From an uncultured virus (IMG/VR IMGVR_UViG_3300042336_000257) (taxonomy: Duplodnaviria > Heunggongvirae > Uroviricota > Caudoviricetes): a stretch of 64,000 nucleotides of DNA. Position numbers and translations under genes: made by a program. The notes beneath the pieces are model-generated. The model was not told the DNA's origin. It saw only the letters and a list, made by a program, of their open reading frames with translations, and searched no databases. The first letter of the stretch is position 1, and each line of letters opens with the position of its first letter. This document shows, piece by piece, positions 14,750 through 24,830 of this stretch. Location of the stretch: positions 1 to 64,000 of IMG/VR virus record IMGVR_UViG_3300042336_000257; one strand, 5' to 3'.

Positions 14750-16372
14750 TCAAGTGGACCCTCTGTGAATGTTTTGTCTCAAATAGTCATACATTGACTG
14801 GCATTGTGATGCATAGGACTGATAGTGTTTTTGACAACCAGTAAAAACATCTGATAGGTAATCCAAATATGCATCACAATCTAATCCTTTTAACTTACCC
14901 ATTGCCAAATGTAGATGTGCATCCACAGGAGAATAATCCATACCTGCAGCAATACATTGAAATCCTGCCCCTGGTTGATATTCCCCAAACTTGTATCGGG
15001 CATTTGCAGTGAACATAAACTCACTGGTTGCAACAATATCCCCAACCTTACTTTGCATGGATAAAGTATCTGCTATTGTTGAATTAACATCTGCAGAGAT
15101 TCTACATCTCTCAGTAATATCCATCCAATAGTCAGAGTCATGTCTTGGACTGATTGCATAATGCAATGCTACAAATTGTGCTAATTGATAGTAGGTCTGA
15201 CTCATTGAAAAATTATAAGCATCTCTATCCCACTGATTAACAATCCTATTTCTGCGGAGAGTATGGGCAAGAGGAAGAAGGAATTCATATGTTGTTAGCA
15301 ATCCTGTGCTTTCCAGTGGTTCAATAAATCCAGCAGCAAGACCAATACCAATCACATTCTTTTTCCAAATCTGATTATGCAAACCCAACTTCATATCAAT
15401 TGGTCTATATTCCAATTCTTCAGGATCAACACGATGAGTGTGCTTAATGTGATTCTTGAATTCTTTCAGAGCATCTTCTGAAGAAATGTACTTATCACTA
15501 TAGACATATCCACCACCAATGCGAGACCACAAAGGAATATTCCATACCCAACCATTTGTCAGAGCAGTGCAGTTTGTAAATGGCTCTAATTGTTTCTTTT
15601 TATCTTTATATGGAATATGTGTCGCCCATGCTTTATTGTTTGGAATGATGTGAGAAATCGAATTGAACTTCTCTTCAAGAGCGCCACCCAAGAGCATACT
15701 CTTAAATCCTGTACAATCAATGAACAAGTCTGCGGTAATTGTTGATCCATCTTTGAGTTTAAGATAATCAACTCCGTTCTCATTTGTAACTACACCATCT
15801 ACAGTTGAATGAATCAACTTGACTCCTCTAGGGAGACAAACTGCAGTCTTCAAGTATTGTCCAAATGCTGTTGCATCAAAATGATAAGCAGCATCAAAGT
15901 TAAAATTAAATCCTGGAGTCTTTCCAGTACCATCTGTTGATATTTTTCTTTGTTCAGCAACAGCAGTGATTGGATAAAAACAACGGGCATATGAGTTCTT
16001 ATCCAGAACATCAGGTCTTAGTTGTTTAACTAAGTACCAATCATTTCTACTCAGTTGTTCATGAGGAACCGTAGACATCCCAAATGGATAGTGAAAGGAA
16101 CCAGTCCCCTTTCCTTCAAAATCAGTAAATTTAATGCTTAATTTGTATATTCCATCAGTTTTATGCAAGAAATCTCTATCATTCAATCCAAGCAAAGAAG
16201 TCCAGTGCTTAATACCACCCAAGGTGCTTTCACCCACACCAAGAATAGCAAAGTCTGGACTTTCGATGACAGTTAGATCAATTTCAGGAATTTGAGTTGC
16301 AATGGTGGCAGCAGACATCCATCCTGCCGAACCACCACCGACAACCACAATCTTTTTTATTTCTTTACTCAT
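14750..16372 (-). CDS. tryptophan halogenase-like flavoprotein (PrnA family)
   Basis: VVVGGGSAGWMSA, GVGEST, AYHFDA, FIDCTGF, GWVWNIPL, GFIEPLESTG. Confidence 0.92.
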   Translation of the reverse strand: MSKEIKKIVVVGGGSAGWMSAATIATQIPEIDLTVIESPDFAILGVGESTLGGIKHWTSLLGLNDRDFLHKTDGIYKLSIKFTDFEGKGTGSFHYPFGMSTVPHEQLSRNDWYLVKQLRPDVLDKNSYARCFYPITAVAEQRKISTDGTGKTPGFNFNFDAAYHFDATAFGQYLKTAVCLPRGVKLIHSTVDGVVTNENGVDYLKLKDGSTITADLFIDCTGFKSMLLGGALEEKFNSISHIIPNNKAWATHIPYKDKKKQLEPFTNCTALTNGWVWNIPLWSRIGGGYVYSDKYISSEDALKEFKNHIKHTHRVDPEELEYRPIDMKLGLHNQIWKKNVIGIGLAAGFIEPLESTGLLTTYEFLLPLAHTLRRNRIVNQWDRDAYNFSMSQTYYQLAQFVALHYAISPRHDSDYWMDITERCRISADVNSTIADTLSMQSKVGDIVATSEFMFTANARYKFGEYQPGAGFQCIAAGMDYSPVDAHLHLAMGKLKGLDCDAYLDYLSDVFTGCQKHYQSYASQCQSMYDYLRQNIHRGST

Positions 16373-16612
16373 GTATATTTTTTAATCTTTAGTAATTATA
16401 GCATCAAAAAGAGGGAACTACATCATTCCTAAGCCCAGTCTCAGACCTATCCATCTGTTCCCAGTAGGAATAAAGTTTGTTATACAGTGCTGGAGCACTT
16501 CCATATTCTCTTGCAATTCTATTTTCATCAGCATTCTCAAGATTTTGAAGTGCAGATAGAATCACACCAATTTCATGAACATTCAGTTGTACAGTTGCTT
16601 CAGTCATTGTTA

Positions 16613-17002
16613 TCAGTCCCAAGATACGTTTTGAAGTAAGAAACCAGGCATCACCAGTGACCAAGCACCCTGGTCACCAGTGCCACTAACTTTATATTCC
16701 CATTTATAGGCAAACTTGTTATGACTGTCCCAAGTCATAAACCCCTTCTCCTTATCAAACCAAGACTTAATGGTCAGACCAAATCGATTAGAGTAAATAT
16801 TGCGGGTTCGCAGTGCTCCGCCAGTTTCACGGGTTTCAACTACTTTACAGGTATCAAACTGAGCCTGAAGACCTACATCCAGAGCACAAGGAGTTTCATA
16901 CACAAATGGACGATAAACTTTCGGTTTAGCGACAGTTGGTGCCGTCTGTGCAAATGCAGGAGAAGTCAGCAACAGAGTTACAAGTAGAAGTAGTTTTTTC
17001 AT
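16613..17002 (-). CDS. exported hypothetical protein
   Basis: MKKLLLL..AFA signal peptide. Confidence 0.65.
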   Translation of the reverse strand: MKKLLLLVTLLLTSPAFAQTAPTVAKPKVYRPFVYETPCALDVGLQAQFDTCKVVETRETGGALRTRNIYSNRFGLTIKSWFDKEKGFMTWDSHNKFAYKWEYKVSGTGDQGAWSLVMPGFLLQNVSWD

Positions 17003-17709
17003 TCAAACTCTCCATTACGGTTGTTTGGTTTAGAATTTTTCAATGAATACACTTCAACACTCAGTGATTGAATTGCAGAATACAAATTGCTATCCAACTG
17101 ATTCACCTTATACTCAAGGTTTCCCATTTGACGATAGAGATTCAGGCATAGAAGAAGATTACCTGCGATGCCAACAACAATTGCCCACCCAATCACTTGC
17201 TCAAGTCGTTCTTCACTCAGTCTCATCATCTTCTCCTACAACTTCCAGATAATTATAACCAATCACTTGGCGTCCTTGATGAGTTGCAGTATCAATCTTT
17301 ACACCCTCACTTTCAAGTTTTTCCAGGCGACGATTTGTAGCAGTATTCAGTTTAGTAGTCCAATAGGTCATTAAATTTCTCCTTTCTTATTGTATTCTAT
17401 CATAGAACGTCGTGCAGCGTAAGCCTCAAATTCTGATGGGAATGATGCAATGGTTCGACCATTATCTGCCCAGTGCAAATACCAACGGTTTGCAAATTGT
17501 TTAATAAGAATTGGTTTGTCCATCATTCTTCGGGGTAGAGTTTCCAACCATCAGGGCGGATGCCCATTTCTTCACAACGAACCTCATAAACAATCCGCTT
17601 CAGAAGTTGAAGAGGCATTTCATTCTCAATCTTTTTCTGAATGGTGCGGCGCAGTTGGGCGTCCTGGGTGGTGTCGGTGACCATTGCGGTTCCCTTGATT
17701 ACCTTGTAA

Positions 17710-18186
17710 TTATAGGGCACTCATCAGGCGATTCGGGAAGAACTGTGCCACTTGATGATCTGTCCATCCGTTCTTCTCAAACAGGTACTCCAGATATAGG
17801 GTTTCTTCTTGCTCCCGTGCCTCTATTTCGTGTGGTTGATGCCAATAGTCGTACTTTTCGACAGGTTCTTTAGAATAACACAATTTTCCGTATCGGAACC
17901 GCAGCGAACCGACTACCCACTGTCGCAGATGGACCAGCTCATGCAAAAGAGTTTTTATATACAACTCCTCGGACATGTGGGTGTTAAGTTCAATCAGAAA
18001 CTCACGTGGGCGACGTGATTCACCCACATAGTCACAATATCCATAAACCTGCTCACGACGCAGACCACGGTGAAGAATCTCCACCTCAATCTTATGACGG
18101 GGAAGAAACTTATTCAGAAACCAAGTGGTAACGTCCTCACAGAGGAGTTTAGAATAACCGTATCCAGAATACGTGATGTAAGACAT
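17710..18186 (-). CDS. HEXXH (SprT-like) metallopeptidase-family protein
   Basis: TLLHELVHLRQW..Y..QPHEIEA; start moved to MSYITY. Confidence 0.75.
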   Translation of the reverse strand: MSYITYSGYGYSKLLCEDVTTWFLNKFLPRHKIEVEILHRGLRREQVYGYCDYVGESRRPREFLIELNTHMSEELYIKTLLHELVHLRQWVVGSLRFRYGKLCYSKEPVEKYDYWHQPHEIEAREQEETLYLEYLFEKNGWTDHQVAQFFPNRLMSAL

Positions 18187-18247
18187 TGCCCCCAATGCAA
18201 AAACCAAATGAACGAAGAAATGAAGATGAGTTTGTCTTTAGCAGTCA

Positions 18248-18625
18248 TCAGTTACATCCGAAAGCGGCACCTCCAAGAAACACTCCAAGTGGAACAGACC
18301 ATTTATAACCATCTCCACGACTCATGCTAGCAGCAATACCACCACCTAGAATACCACCTAAAGCAGTTTTTGTTGGATCACAATAAACACCTCTATTAGG
18401 ACGATAATCGGAATTATACCGATTATACCTACCATATCCACCATTACATGGAACATTATAACGTTCGGTATTCACGTATCCCTGTTGATAGTTGCCATAC
18501 CCATCATAATATCCTGGGACATAAACCTCACGAGTTCTGGTGCATTCCTGAAATTCAGTCACTTGCTGTGCCTGAACTGGAATGGAGAGAAAAGTAAGGG
18601 AGAGTAGTAGGAATAGTTGTTTCAT
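18248..18625 (-). CDS. exported glycine-zipper 2TM protein
   Basis: Signal peptide; LGGILGGGIAA..SVPLGVFLGG. Confidence 0.7.
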   Translation of the reverse strand: MKQLFLLLSLTFLSIPVQAQQVTEFQECTRTREVYVPGYYDGYGNYQQGYVNTERYNVPCNGGYGRYNRYNSDYRPNRGVYCDPTKTALGGILGGGIAASMSRGDGYKWSVPLGVFLGGAAFGCN

Positions 18626-18628
18626 TGC

Positions 18629-19060
18629 TCAGCGAAGATAGAGATAACCACCTGCCCAGTCGGCGTGTTGCAGCAACCACTCACGTTGCTCAATGATGCG
18701 AAGGTCGAAGCGAACACCTTTGGCAGGTGCTTTGAAACTGGCAGACTTATAGACTTCACCAGTCTTTTTATCTATAAAAGCATGAACTGAACGAGAACCA
18801 GCAGCGTTCATAATGATTTTGTGATACTTACGACCCGTTTCGGGGTAGAAGTCATAATCACAAGTACCTTCCTTCAGTTTAGCAATCTGTGCCTGATGAT
18901 ATTCCAGGTTATCATCACAACGCTCATGCATACGGATGGAATAATCAATGTAGTTCTGACGCAGTGCCTCACAGAGGGCATAGGTGTGCCCCAGAACAGC
19001 AGCAGCGATGTCTTTCCGTGCCTCAGCAGCGGCGGCGTAGTCAGCGAAGGTGGTGGTCAT
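18629..19060 (-). CDS. conserved phage early protein
   Basis: GRKYHKI..SVHAFIDKKTG.VYK.AS.KAPAKGVR; start MTTTFADY after promoter cassette. Confidence 0.75.
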   Translation of the reverse strand: MTTTFADYAAAAEARKDIAAAVLGHTYALCEALRQNYIDYSIRMHERCDDNLEYHQAQIAKLKEGTCDYDFYPETGRKYHKIIMNAAGSRSVHAFIDKKTGEVYKSASFKAPAKGVRFDLRIIEQREWLLQHADWAGGYLYLR

Positions 19061-19278
19061 TGCTTGGTTGCGTATGAACGTATTATAGGGCATCCCAGAG
19101 GGGTCTGGGAGGTCAGTATGCCAGTTCTGAATCTGGCACCCAGGGTTCGTCATCACCCAGGTATCCCATCCAATCTTGAGGGTCAGACTCATACATTGCG
19201 ATTTCCCGCAGTTCGTCAATCAGTTCAGACAGGTCCATAATGATCCTCAACTACTTGGGTATTATAACAGAAAGCGGA

Positions 19279-19680
19279 TCAAACCGCCAGTGCTGCAGAA
19301 GGAATCTCTACAACTTCAGGCAGTTTGCTGTCATCAAACTGGTGCATATTGTAGCAGACCCATTCGCCACCACGGAAGACATAAGCATACTCTTCACTGT
19401 TATCAGGAAGAAGATACTCGCACAGGTCAGCATCAAGGCGAGGAGGGCAATTCTCACCACGCTGAGAGTAGTATTCGGGGTGATATGCGTTCTCATAGTC
19501 ATTCTTAGTCCAGCAGGAAGACATATCACCACCGTCAATCAGTTCGGCAGCGAGTTCTTTGCTATTGTAATGCGTCTTCAGGATGCGACCCAACCATTCG
19601 GGATACGAGTCCCAATGATGATAGCTGCTCAGAATGCTGCCATCAGAAAGTTCGATTCCGATTCTTCCGCGAGTTGCCAT
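19279..19680 (-). CDS. conserved phage early protein
   Basis: MATRGRIGI..Y.HWD.YPE.LG..L..HY; promoter cassette upstream. Confidence 0.75.
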   Translation of the reverse strand: MATRGRIGIELSDGSILSSYHHWDSYPEWLGRILKTHYNSKELAAELIDGGDMSSCWTKNDYENAYHPEYYSQRGENCPPRLDADLCEYLLPDNSEEYAYVFRGGEWVCYNMHQFDDSKLPEVVEIPSAALAV

Positions 19681-19703
19681 TGGGGCGTTTGTTGATTACC
19701 TTG

Positions 19704-20504
19704 TTAGTATAATGCCTCTAGCAGCGGATTCTGGGGTTCCTGTGCCACTTCCTCAACTGGCATAGCATCCTCTATGCGTTGCTTAGCAATCTCATAATAT
19801 TCTTGTTCAAATTCCATCCCAATAAACTTTCGATTTAATTTAACTGCAGCAACACCAGTAGAACCAGAACCCATACAGTTATCAAGAACAATCTCACCTT
19901 CATTAGAATACGTTTTGATTAACCATTCCATTAGTGGAACAGGTTTCTGTGTGGGATGCACCTGTTGTTGAGCACTAAAGTCTCTGGAGATATTAAGAAC
20001 AGACTTGGGATATCTTACACCTTCATTACTGAAGGATTTACGTGGTTTCATACCATAACCATGGTCATTCTTGCGACCAACGTATCCCTCTGGATTCTTA
20101 CTTGTTCTTGAGTACGGTTCTCCTTTTTCCATCTGTGGGTTGTACGTACCACCTGTTTCCCTGTAAAAAATTAGAACGTTCTCGTGAGTCTTCATTGGTC
20201 TGTACTTGGCAAGTCCAGGCGATCCACATTTGTTCTTGTTCCATACTAATTCGTACCTGAACCATTCTAGTTTTGAGCAGATAAGTTGTGCTGAAAAGGG
20301 TTGAGAACCAAATAGACATATCACACCTTTAGGTTTGATGATACGCCCATATTGCTGCCACATTTGGTTAAAATCTAAAACTTCATCCCACTTGATGGAA
20401 GTAGTCCCATAAGGTGGGTCGCAGCAGATGAAATCAATAGAATTGTCTGGAATCTCTTTCATGAGTTCCAGACAGTCACCTAGTTGTAAGTCAAAGGGCA
20501 TCAT
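19704..20504 (-). CDS. N6-adenine/N4-cytosine DNA methyltransferase (beta class)
   Basis: GDCLELM..DPPY..HPTQKP..VLDNCMGSGSTGVA. Confidence 0.92.
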   Translation of the reverse strand: MMPFDLQLGDCLELMKEIPDNSIDFICCDPPYGTTSIKWDEVLDFNQMWQQYGRIIKPKGVICLFGSQPFSAQLICSKLEWFRYELVWNKNKCGSPGLAKYRPMKTHENVLIFYRETGGTYNPQMEKGEPYSRTSKNPEGYVGRKNDHGYGMKPRKSFSNEGVRYPKSVLNISRDFSAQQQVHPTQKPVPLMEWLIKTYSNEGEIVLDNCMGSGSTGVAAVKLNRKFIGMEFEQEYYEIAKQRIEDAMPVEEVAQEPQNPLLEALY

Positions 20505-21093
20505 AACCTTCATGGGCAGTAATTTTTTTGAGAACAGATTCTTTGTAACATCCTACCAGAAAATCATACGCTTCAGCATGAGTACGCTGAACAGGAGTAG
20601 TATTAACCCGCCATTCAATCTGGAAAGGAAGATTGTTACCGTTAGAAGTGAGTTTGTTGAGAGTTTTAAGAGAAGTAAGATGAACCTCGTTAGTAACTTT
20701 ATTCAATGAGATGATATAATAATCACGATTATTATCTTTGCTGCTATGATTCTTTAAAAGTTCTTGAAACTTCTTCCAACGCTGAACATTAACTTTATCT
20801 TCGGGCAAGTCAGTCAGAGCATACAGAATCGCTGCTTTCGAAGTAAAATTATCTGCAGCACTACCATACTTGGAAGATTTGATGTTGAGAGGATAACCAA
20901 ACACCTTGACATCCCACCAGTTACGCTCTACAGGTTTCTCTACATTCTCACTACCATACTTATCAACCAACAGGTCAATGATAGTATCTTCATCATCAAT
21001 GCTATTCACACGACCATCGCCATGCTTTTCACTGACAGAGATGACAATGCTGTTGAGAAACTCAACAACTTCAACAAGAATAGACGGAAACAT
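20491..21093 (-). CDS. putative PD-(D/E)xK restriction-like endonuclease
   Basis: DGRVNS..E..WWDVKV..PLNIKSS; stop overlaps MTase start; start moved to MFPSIL after promoter cassette. Confidence 0.55.
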   Translation of the reverse strand: MFPSILVEVVEFLNSIVISVSEKHGDGRVNSIDDEDTIIDLLVDKYGSENVEKPVERNWWDVKVFGYPLNIKSSKYGSAADNFTSKAAILYALTDLPEDKVNVQRWKKFQELLKNHSSKDNNRDYYIISLNKVTNEVHLTSLKTLNKLTSNGNNLPFQIEWRVNTTPVQRTHAEAYDFLVGCYKESVLKKITAHEGYDAL

Positions 21094-21115
21094 CAAATTG
21101 ATTAAACTATTAGTA

Positions 21116-21607
21116 TTATACGTCTTTTTCTGTCTCTTGGATATCTTCTTGTACCACTTCCTCAACTGGCACATCAACCTTGGAACTTCTCAAGGTTTTT
21201 GGCTTAGTGTATTCGACTGGAACAAAAGGTTGTTCAGGATCTTTTGTTGCTCTAATAGATGGACTAGAAGTAAATTTCTTGGTCTTTTTTGGTTGTTTTA
21301 AAAGTTTGTGGCGGAACAATGTTTGACCAGGATTAAGCTCCTTAGGTGGTTCTGGATCTGGTTCAAATTGTTTTAAATATGTCTTTTTACTGAAGAGAAG
21401 ATTCTTTTCAATTGCTTCTTCAGGAGTTGCAGGTAAATCTTCTTCTACAATTGATGATTGTTTCTGAATTTCTTCATAAACATCAACATGTGGAACATCT
21501 TCTGTCTTTTCTTCAACAGGAGCACATACAACTTCTGGTTCTGGTTGAACTACACTCTCTGGTTGTTTTTGAGATTCAGAAGAAACAAGATCAGAAAATC
21601 TTCCCAT
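21116..21607 (-). CDS. Pro/Glu/Lys-rich hypothetical protein
   Basis: ORF track; AATAAATA late promoter upstream. Confidence 0.6.
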   Translation of the reverse strand: MGRFSDLVSSESQKQPESVVQPEPEVVCAPVEEKTEDVPHVDVYEEIQKQSSIVEEDLPATPEEAIEKNLLFSKKTYLKQFEPDPEPPKELNPGQTLFRHKLLKQPKKTKKFTSSPSIRATKDPEQPFVPVEYTKPKTLRSSKVDVPVEEVVQEDIQETEKDV

Positions 21608-21622
21608 CGTCCTACTTTTTGA

Positions 21623-22450
21623 CTATTTATTATTCCAAACAGCAATTAGTTCATTTGCTTTCTTCCTACTAGAACCCTTGGCAGAAATGGTCCTAGTCAC
21701 CTGAATTGGATAGATTTTAGCATTATTATAAAGTTCTCTTGCAACAGGAACATCGTGATTAGAAATAATGACGGTAATTCCTTTGTTTGCAAGTTGTTCT
21801 GCCAAATCTCTCAACTCAACTTGCTGTGCATCAGTAAATCCATCCGTGGCATAATCTGTAAAGGATGCAGTTTCCGAAGCTGGAATGTATGGTGGGTCAA
21901 AATATACAGTATCACCTGCTTCTAAGTCCTCATAAAGTGACGGATCTTCAAAAGATAATGAAGTGAATCGTGTAAGTTTTTTAGTGAGGAAGAACATTCT
22001 AAAGTTCATCATCTCTTCCGATGGGCAAGATGGTTTATCATACTTACCAAAGGGAACATTAAATTCACCTTTCTTATTATATCTCGACAGTCCATTGAAG
22101 CAGTGACGGTTCAGGTAAATGAACAGTCGTGCCCTCTCTATAGTGTTTGTTGCCTGGTTAAAGTGCTTCCGCAACTCTAGATATGCTTCCTTAGTATTAT
22201 TTTCTGGAATGAATAACTCTTCGCAATATTTGATGAAGTTATCATCCCCAGGATGAACCAAATTCTGGTAGATTGCCACCAAATCTTTATTCACATCATT
22301 CAAAATGTATTGCTCTGCTGGTGTGTTAAGGGCAACAGCAAGACTACCACCAAAGGGTTCGCAATAACGCTTTGGATATCCAATATGGGGAATAAGATGG
22401 GGCAGGACCCGTGTTTTGTTTCCTGCCCACTTCAAGAAAGTTTTGTTCAT
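21623..22450 (-). CDS. dam: DNA adenine methylase (Dam, D12 class)
   Basis: FLKWAGNK, EPFGGS, LNDVN, YLNRHCFNGL.RYN..G.FNVPFG, VYFDPPY. Confidence 0.93.
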   Translation of the reverse strand: MNKTFLKWAGNKTRVLPHLIPHIGYPKRYCEPFGGSLAVALNTPAEQYILNDVNKDLVAIYQNLVHPGDDNFIKYCEELFIPENNTKEAYLELRKHFNQATNTIERARLFIYLNRHCFNGLSRYNKKGEFNVPFGKYDKPSCPSEEMMNFRMFFLTKKLTRFTSLSFEDPSLYEDLEAGDTVYFDPPYIPASETASFTDYATDGFTDAQQVELRDLAEQLANKGITVIISNHDVPVARELYNNAKIYPIQVTRTISAKGSSRKKANELIAVWNNK

Positions 22451-23370
22451 TTAATAGGGTCTTTCAATCCGTATTTTTCAAGAATGTCTTCAGAGATACA
22501 CTGACTGTTTGCAGTTGTAGAAAGAGCATTATAACTCTTAATGATTCTTCTGGCAATCAAAACATCAGTATTTGGTCCAGAGATTCCTTCATACCAAACT
22601 TTTGGTTTGGACTTAGACATTTCAAAGCAAACAAAATTCAGAACTTTTTCTCTCCTTCCGTTGATGACTTCACTTGCATTATCAAGAAATCTAATCAAGC
22701 AAGATAGTCCATACACGATATCACCACGAACTTCACGTTTGCCTGAAACTTTATCAAAGTAGTCTTTTGCATAAGAAACTGCTCTCATAACGGTTACAAG
22801 TTCGTAATTCTTTACTGCTTGTCTCCACTGATATTCACCATTTAATTGATGTCCTTCAACATCACCAAGACTATCAACATAAACGCCACAGGCACTGAGA
22901 TTGTCATTATATACAATTGCCTCTGGCAGACCAAACACATACCCTGCTCTCATTTTGTCAATGTGAGTGGGATTTTTACGTTTTGCATTTTGAGCGTGAA
23001 AGATTTCTGCTTCAATCTTTTCGCAGTCTTCATCACTTCTATTTTTGGTGTGTTCAAGCACCATACAAGGAACTTTATCAATACAACCACTCCACAGTGC
23101 CATAACTGCTTTGTGCTGCCCGTCAATCACGACGATTCTACCATCAGGACGAACGGCAACAATTAGTGGAACAAAATACCACTTGTTGAATTGACCATAT
23201 GTATTAATATCACCACAAGAAAGGTCTCTTTGATAGCTTTCGGGAACTATTAACTTATAGACTTCTAGCTCTTTATACACTAGAAACTCGTTAATACTAC
23301 CAGGACGAAACTTTTTTGCTTTCGATTTGAATTTATGTGCAAGCTGCACTAAAGGAACATAGTTCTTCAT
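22447..23370 (-). CDS. ParB/Srx-fold (DGQH-motif) protein
   Basis: YQRDL..PLIVAVR..VVIDGQHK..EAEIF..QN. Confidence 0.7.
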   Translation of the reverse strand: MKNYVPLVQLAHKFKSKAKKFRPGSINEFLVYKELEVYKLIVPESYQRDLSCGDINTYGQFNKWYFVPLIVAVRPDGRIVVIDGQHKAVMALWSGCIDKVPCMVLEHTKNRSDEDCEKIEAEIFHAQNAKRKNPTHIDKMRAGYVFGLPEAIVYNDNLSACGVYVDSLGDVEGHQLNGEYQWRQAVKNYELVTVMRAVSYAKDYFDKVSGKREVRGDIVYGLSCLIRFLDNASEVINGRREKVLNFVCFEMSKSKPKVWYEGISGPNTDVLIARRIIKSYNALSTTANSQCISEDILEKYGLKDPIK

Positions 23371-23431
23371 TTAAAGACTCCATAAAGGAAGGGATTCGTA
23401 GTTTTACGACAAATTGCGGTCAGTGATATTT

Positions 23432-23466
23432 AGTATAACATAAAAAAAGAGGGTTGTCAACCCTCT
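23432..23466 (-). terminator. intrinsic terminator of CP12 overlapping a sigma70 promoter
   Basis: Minus strand AGAGGGTT-GAC-AACCCTCT followed by T-run; contains TTGACA-N17-TATACT. Confidence 0.7.
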
Positions 23467-23471
23467 AATAT

Positions 23472-23684
23472 TCAATCATCATAAACTCTACATTCCAATG
23501 CATCAGGATGTAGTTCGCAATAGAGTTCCAATGCTGTAGGATCGTGTGAGTCTTCTGGATGATGTTCTTTATAAACTTTAAGTGCTTCTAATTCTTCTTC
23601 TGTGTGTCTTCTGGACTGCGGAGAAATTGTTGGGTCATTCAAAAGATCCACATCCTTTTGAATGTGTTGGTCGATGTTATCCAT
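23472..23684 (-). CDS. cp12: CP12 Calvin cycle inhibitor
   Basis: DPTALELYCELHPDALECRVYDD C-terminus; start MDNID; AATAAATA upstream. Confidence 0.92.
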   Translation of the reverse strand: MDNIDQHIQKDVDLLNDPTISPQSRRHTEEELEALKVYKEHHPEDSHDPTALELYCELHPDALECRVYDD

Positions 23685-24006
23685 AGTTTTGTAGCGTGAT
23701 GATATATTTATTTTATCATTCACTTAAAGTAGAACCTCTCCAATTCTTAGGAGCAGGAGGGTCACATTTTCCTTCAAGCGAACGAACCATAAGTTCGGTG
23801 AATTTTTCCATCTTTTCTGCAGAAACTGTTTGCGGAGCATAGGTAATTGCATCTTTTAGTGCAACAAGTTCGTCCCATTCTTCTTTTGTAAGAACTTCGG
23901 TTCCAGTTTTTGCGAGAGTCATAAGTTTCTTGCGATGTTACTCAATATTAGCATTTCAATACATTACTATCTAGAAACTTAATGTTTTCTTCGGGATCGG
24001 GTTACA

Positions 24007-24378
24007 TTACTTAATGAAATCGTCAAGAGCGTCAAGGTCAGACTTGAGTTCTTTTTCTCTTTTTTGGTCGTGATAATAAGACCACAGAGCATTATGAACG
24101 TCCATAAGTTCAGACACCCAGAAACCAGCAGGATAAACACCCAGAGAATCTTGGAGACCACGATGACTAGTTCCTTCACTTTCTGCTTTACACATAATAT
24201 AGCAGATAGCTTGGAGCATATCAATCTTGTCAGACTCAGAAAGCATAAAATACTTTCCTACTGCACGTTGCTTTGCTTCTTCAGTTTCTTTCTGAAGTTT
24301 TTTGTAGGCGTCTGAATCCCACCATTCTTGCATCCAATTTTTCTTTTCTTCAGTCATCTTTCCCAAAAATAGTTCCAA
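24007..24378 (-). CDS. hypothetical protein
   Basis: ORF track; fits operon packing. Confidence 0.6.
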   Translation of the reverse strand: MELFLGKMTEEKKNWMQEWWDSDAYKKLQKETEEAKQRAVGKYFMLSESDKIDMLQAICYIMCKAESEGTSHRGLQDSLGVYPAGFWVSELMDVHNALWSYYHDQKREKELKSDLDALDDFIK

Positions 24379-24830
24379 AAAAACCAGAGTCTCCTGGTTT
24401 GCGGTTTTCTAGTTTATCTAGGAGACTATCAGTTGTTTGCAGTGACTCAATGCGAGAAATCATATCTGCAATTACAGTACAAACCATAGGACGTTCTTGA
24501 CGTGCAGCGTATGCTAGAGCATTACGCAGTGCTCCTTCTGCTTCCTTTAGGGATTCTTCAACTGATTGTGATAATGCCATTACTTAACCTCACTTTTAAA
24601 TAAATTATGATAATAAAGAATATCTGGATTCTCTAAATCTTTACAACGGGGATAATAGATGCCGTCTTTATAACAACCATCTTTTGGATCTTGTTTATCG
24701 TATTTTAACACATAATTGGGTGGTTGTCTAAAGTTACATAAGTCACCTTGTTTTTCCATAAAATTAGAAAAACACAATCCCCCTATAATCGGAGCAATTG
24801 CTTTTAGTTGCCATAACCAAAGTTCTGCCA

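Noticed and set aside
14750..16372. Halogenase as part of a secondary-metabolite cluster
   Set aside because: No biosynthetic partners are adjacent; Trp-halogenase-like genes and 2OG oxygenases are common in cyanomyophages.
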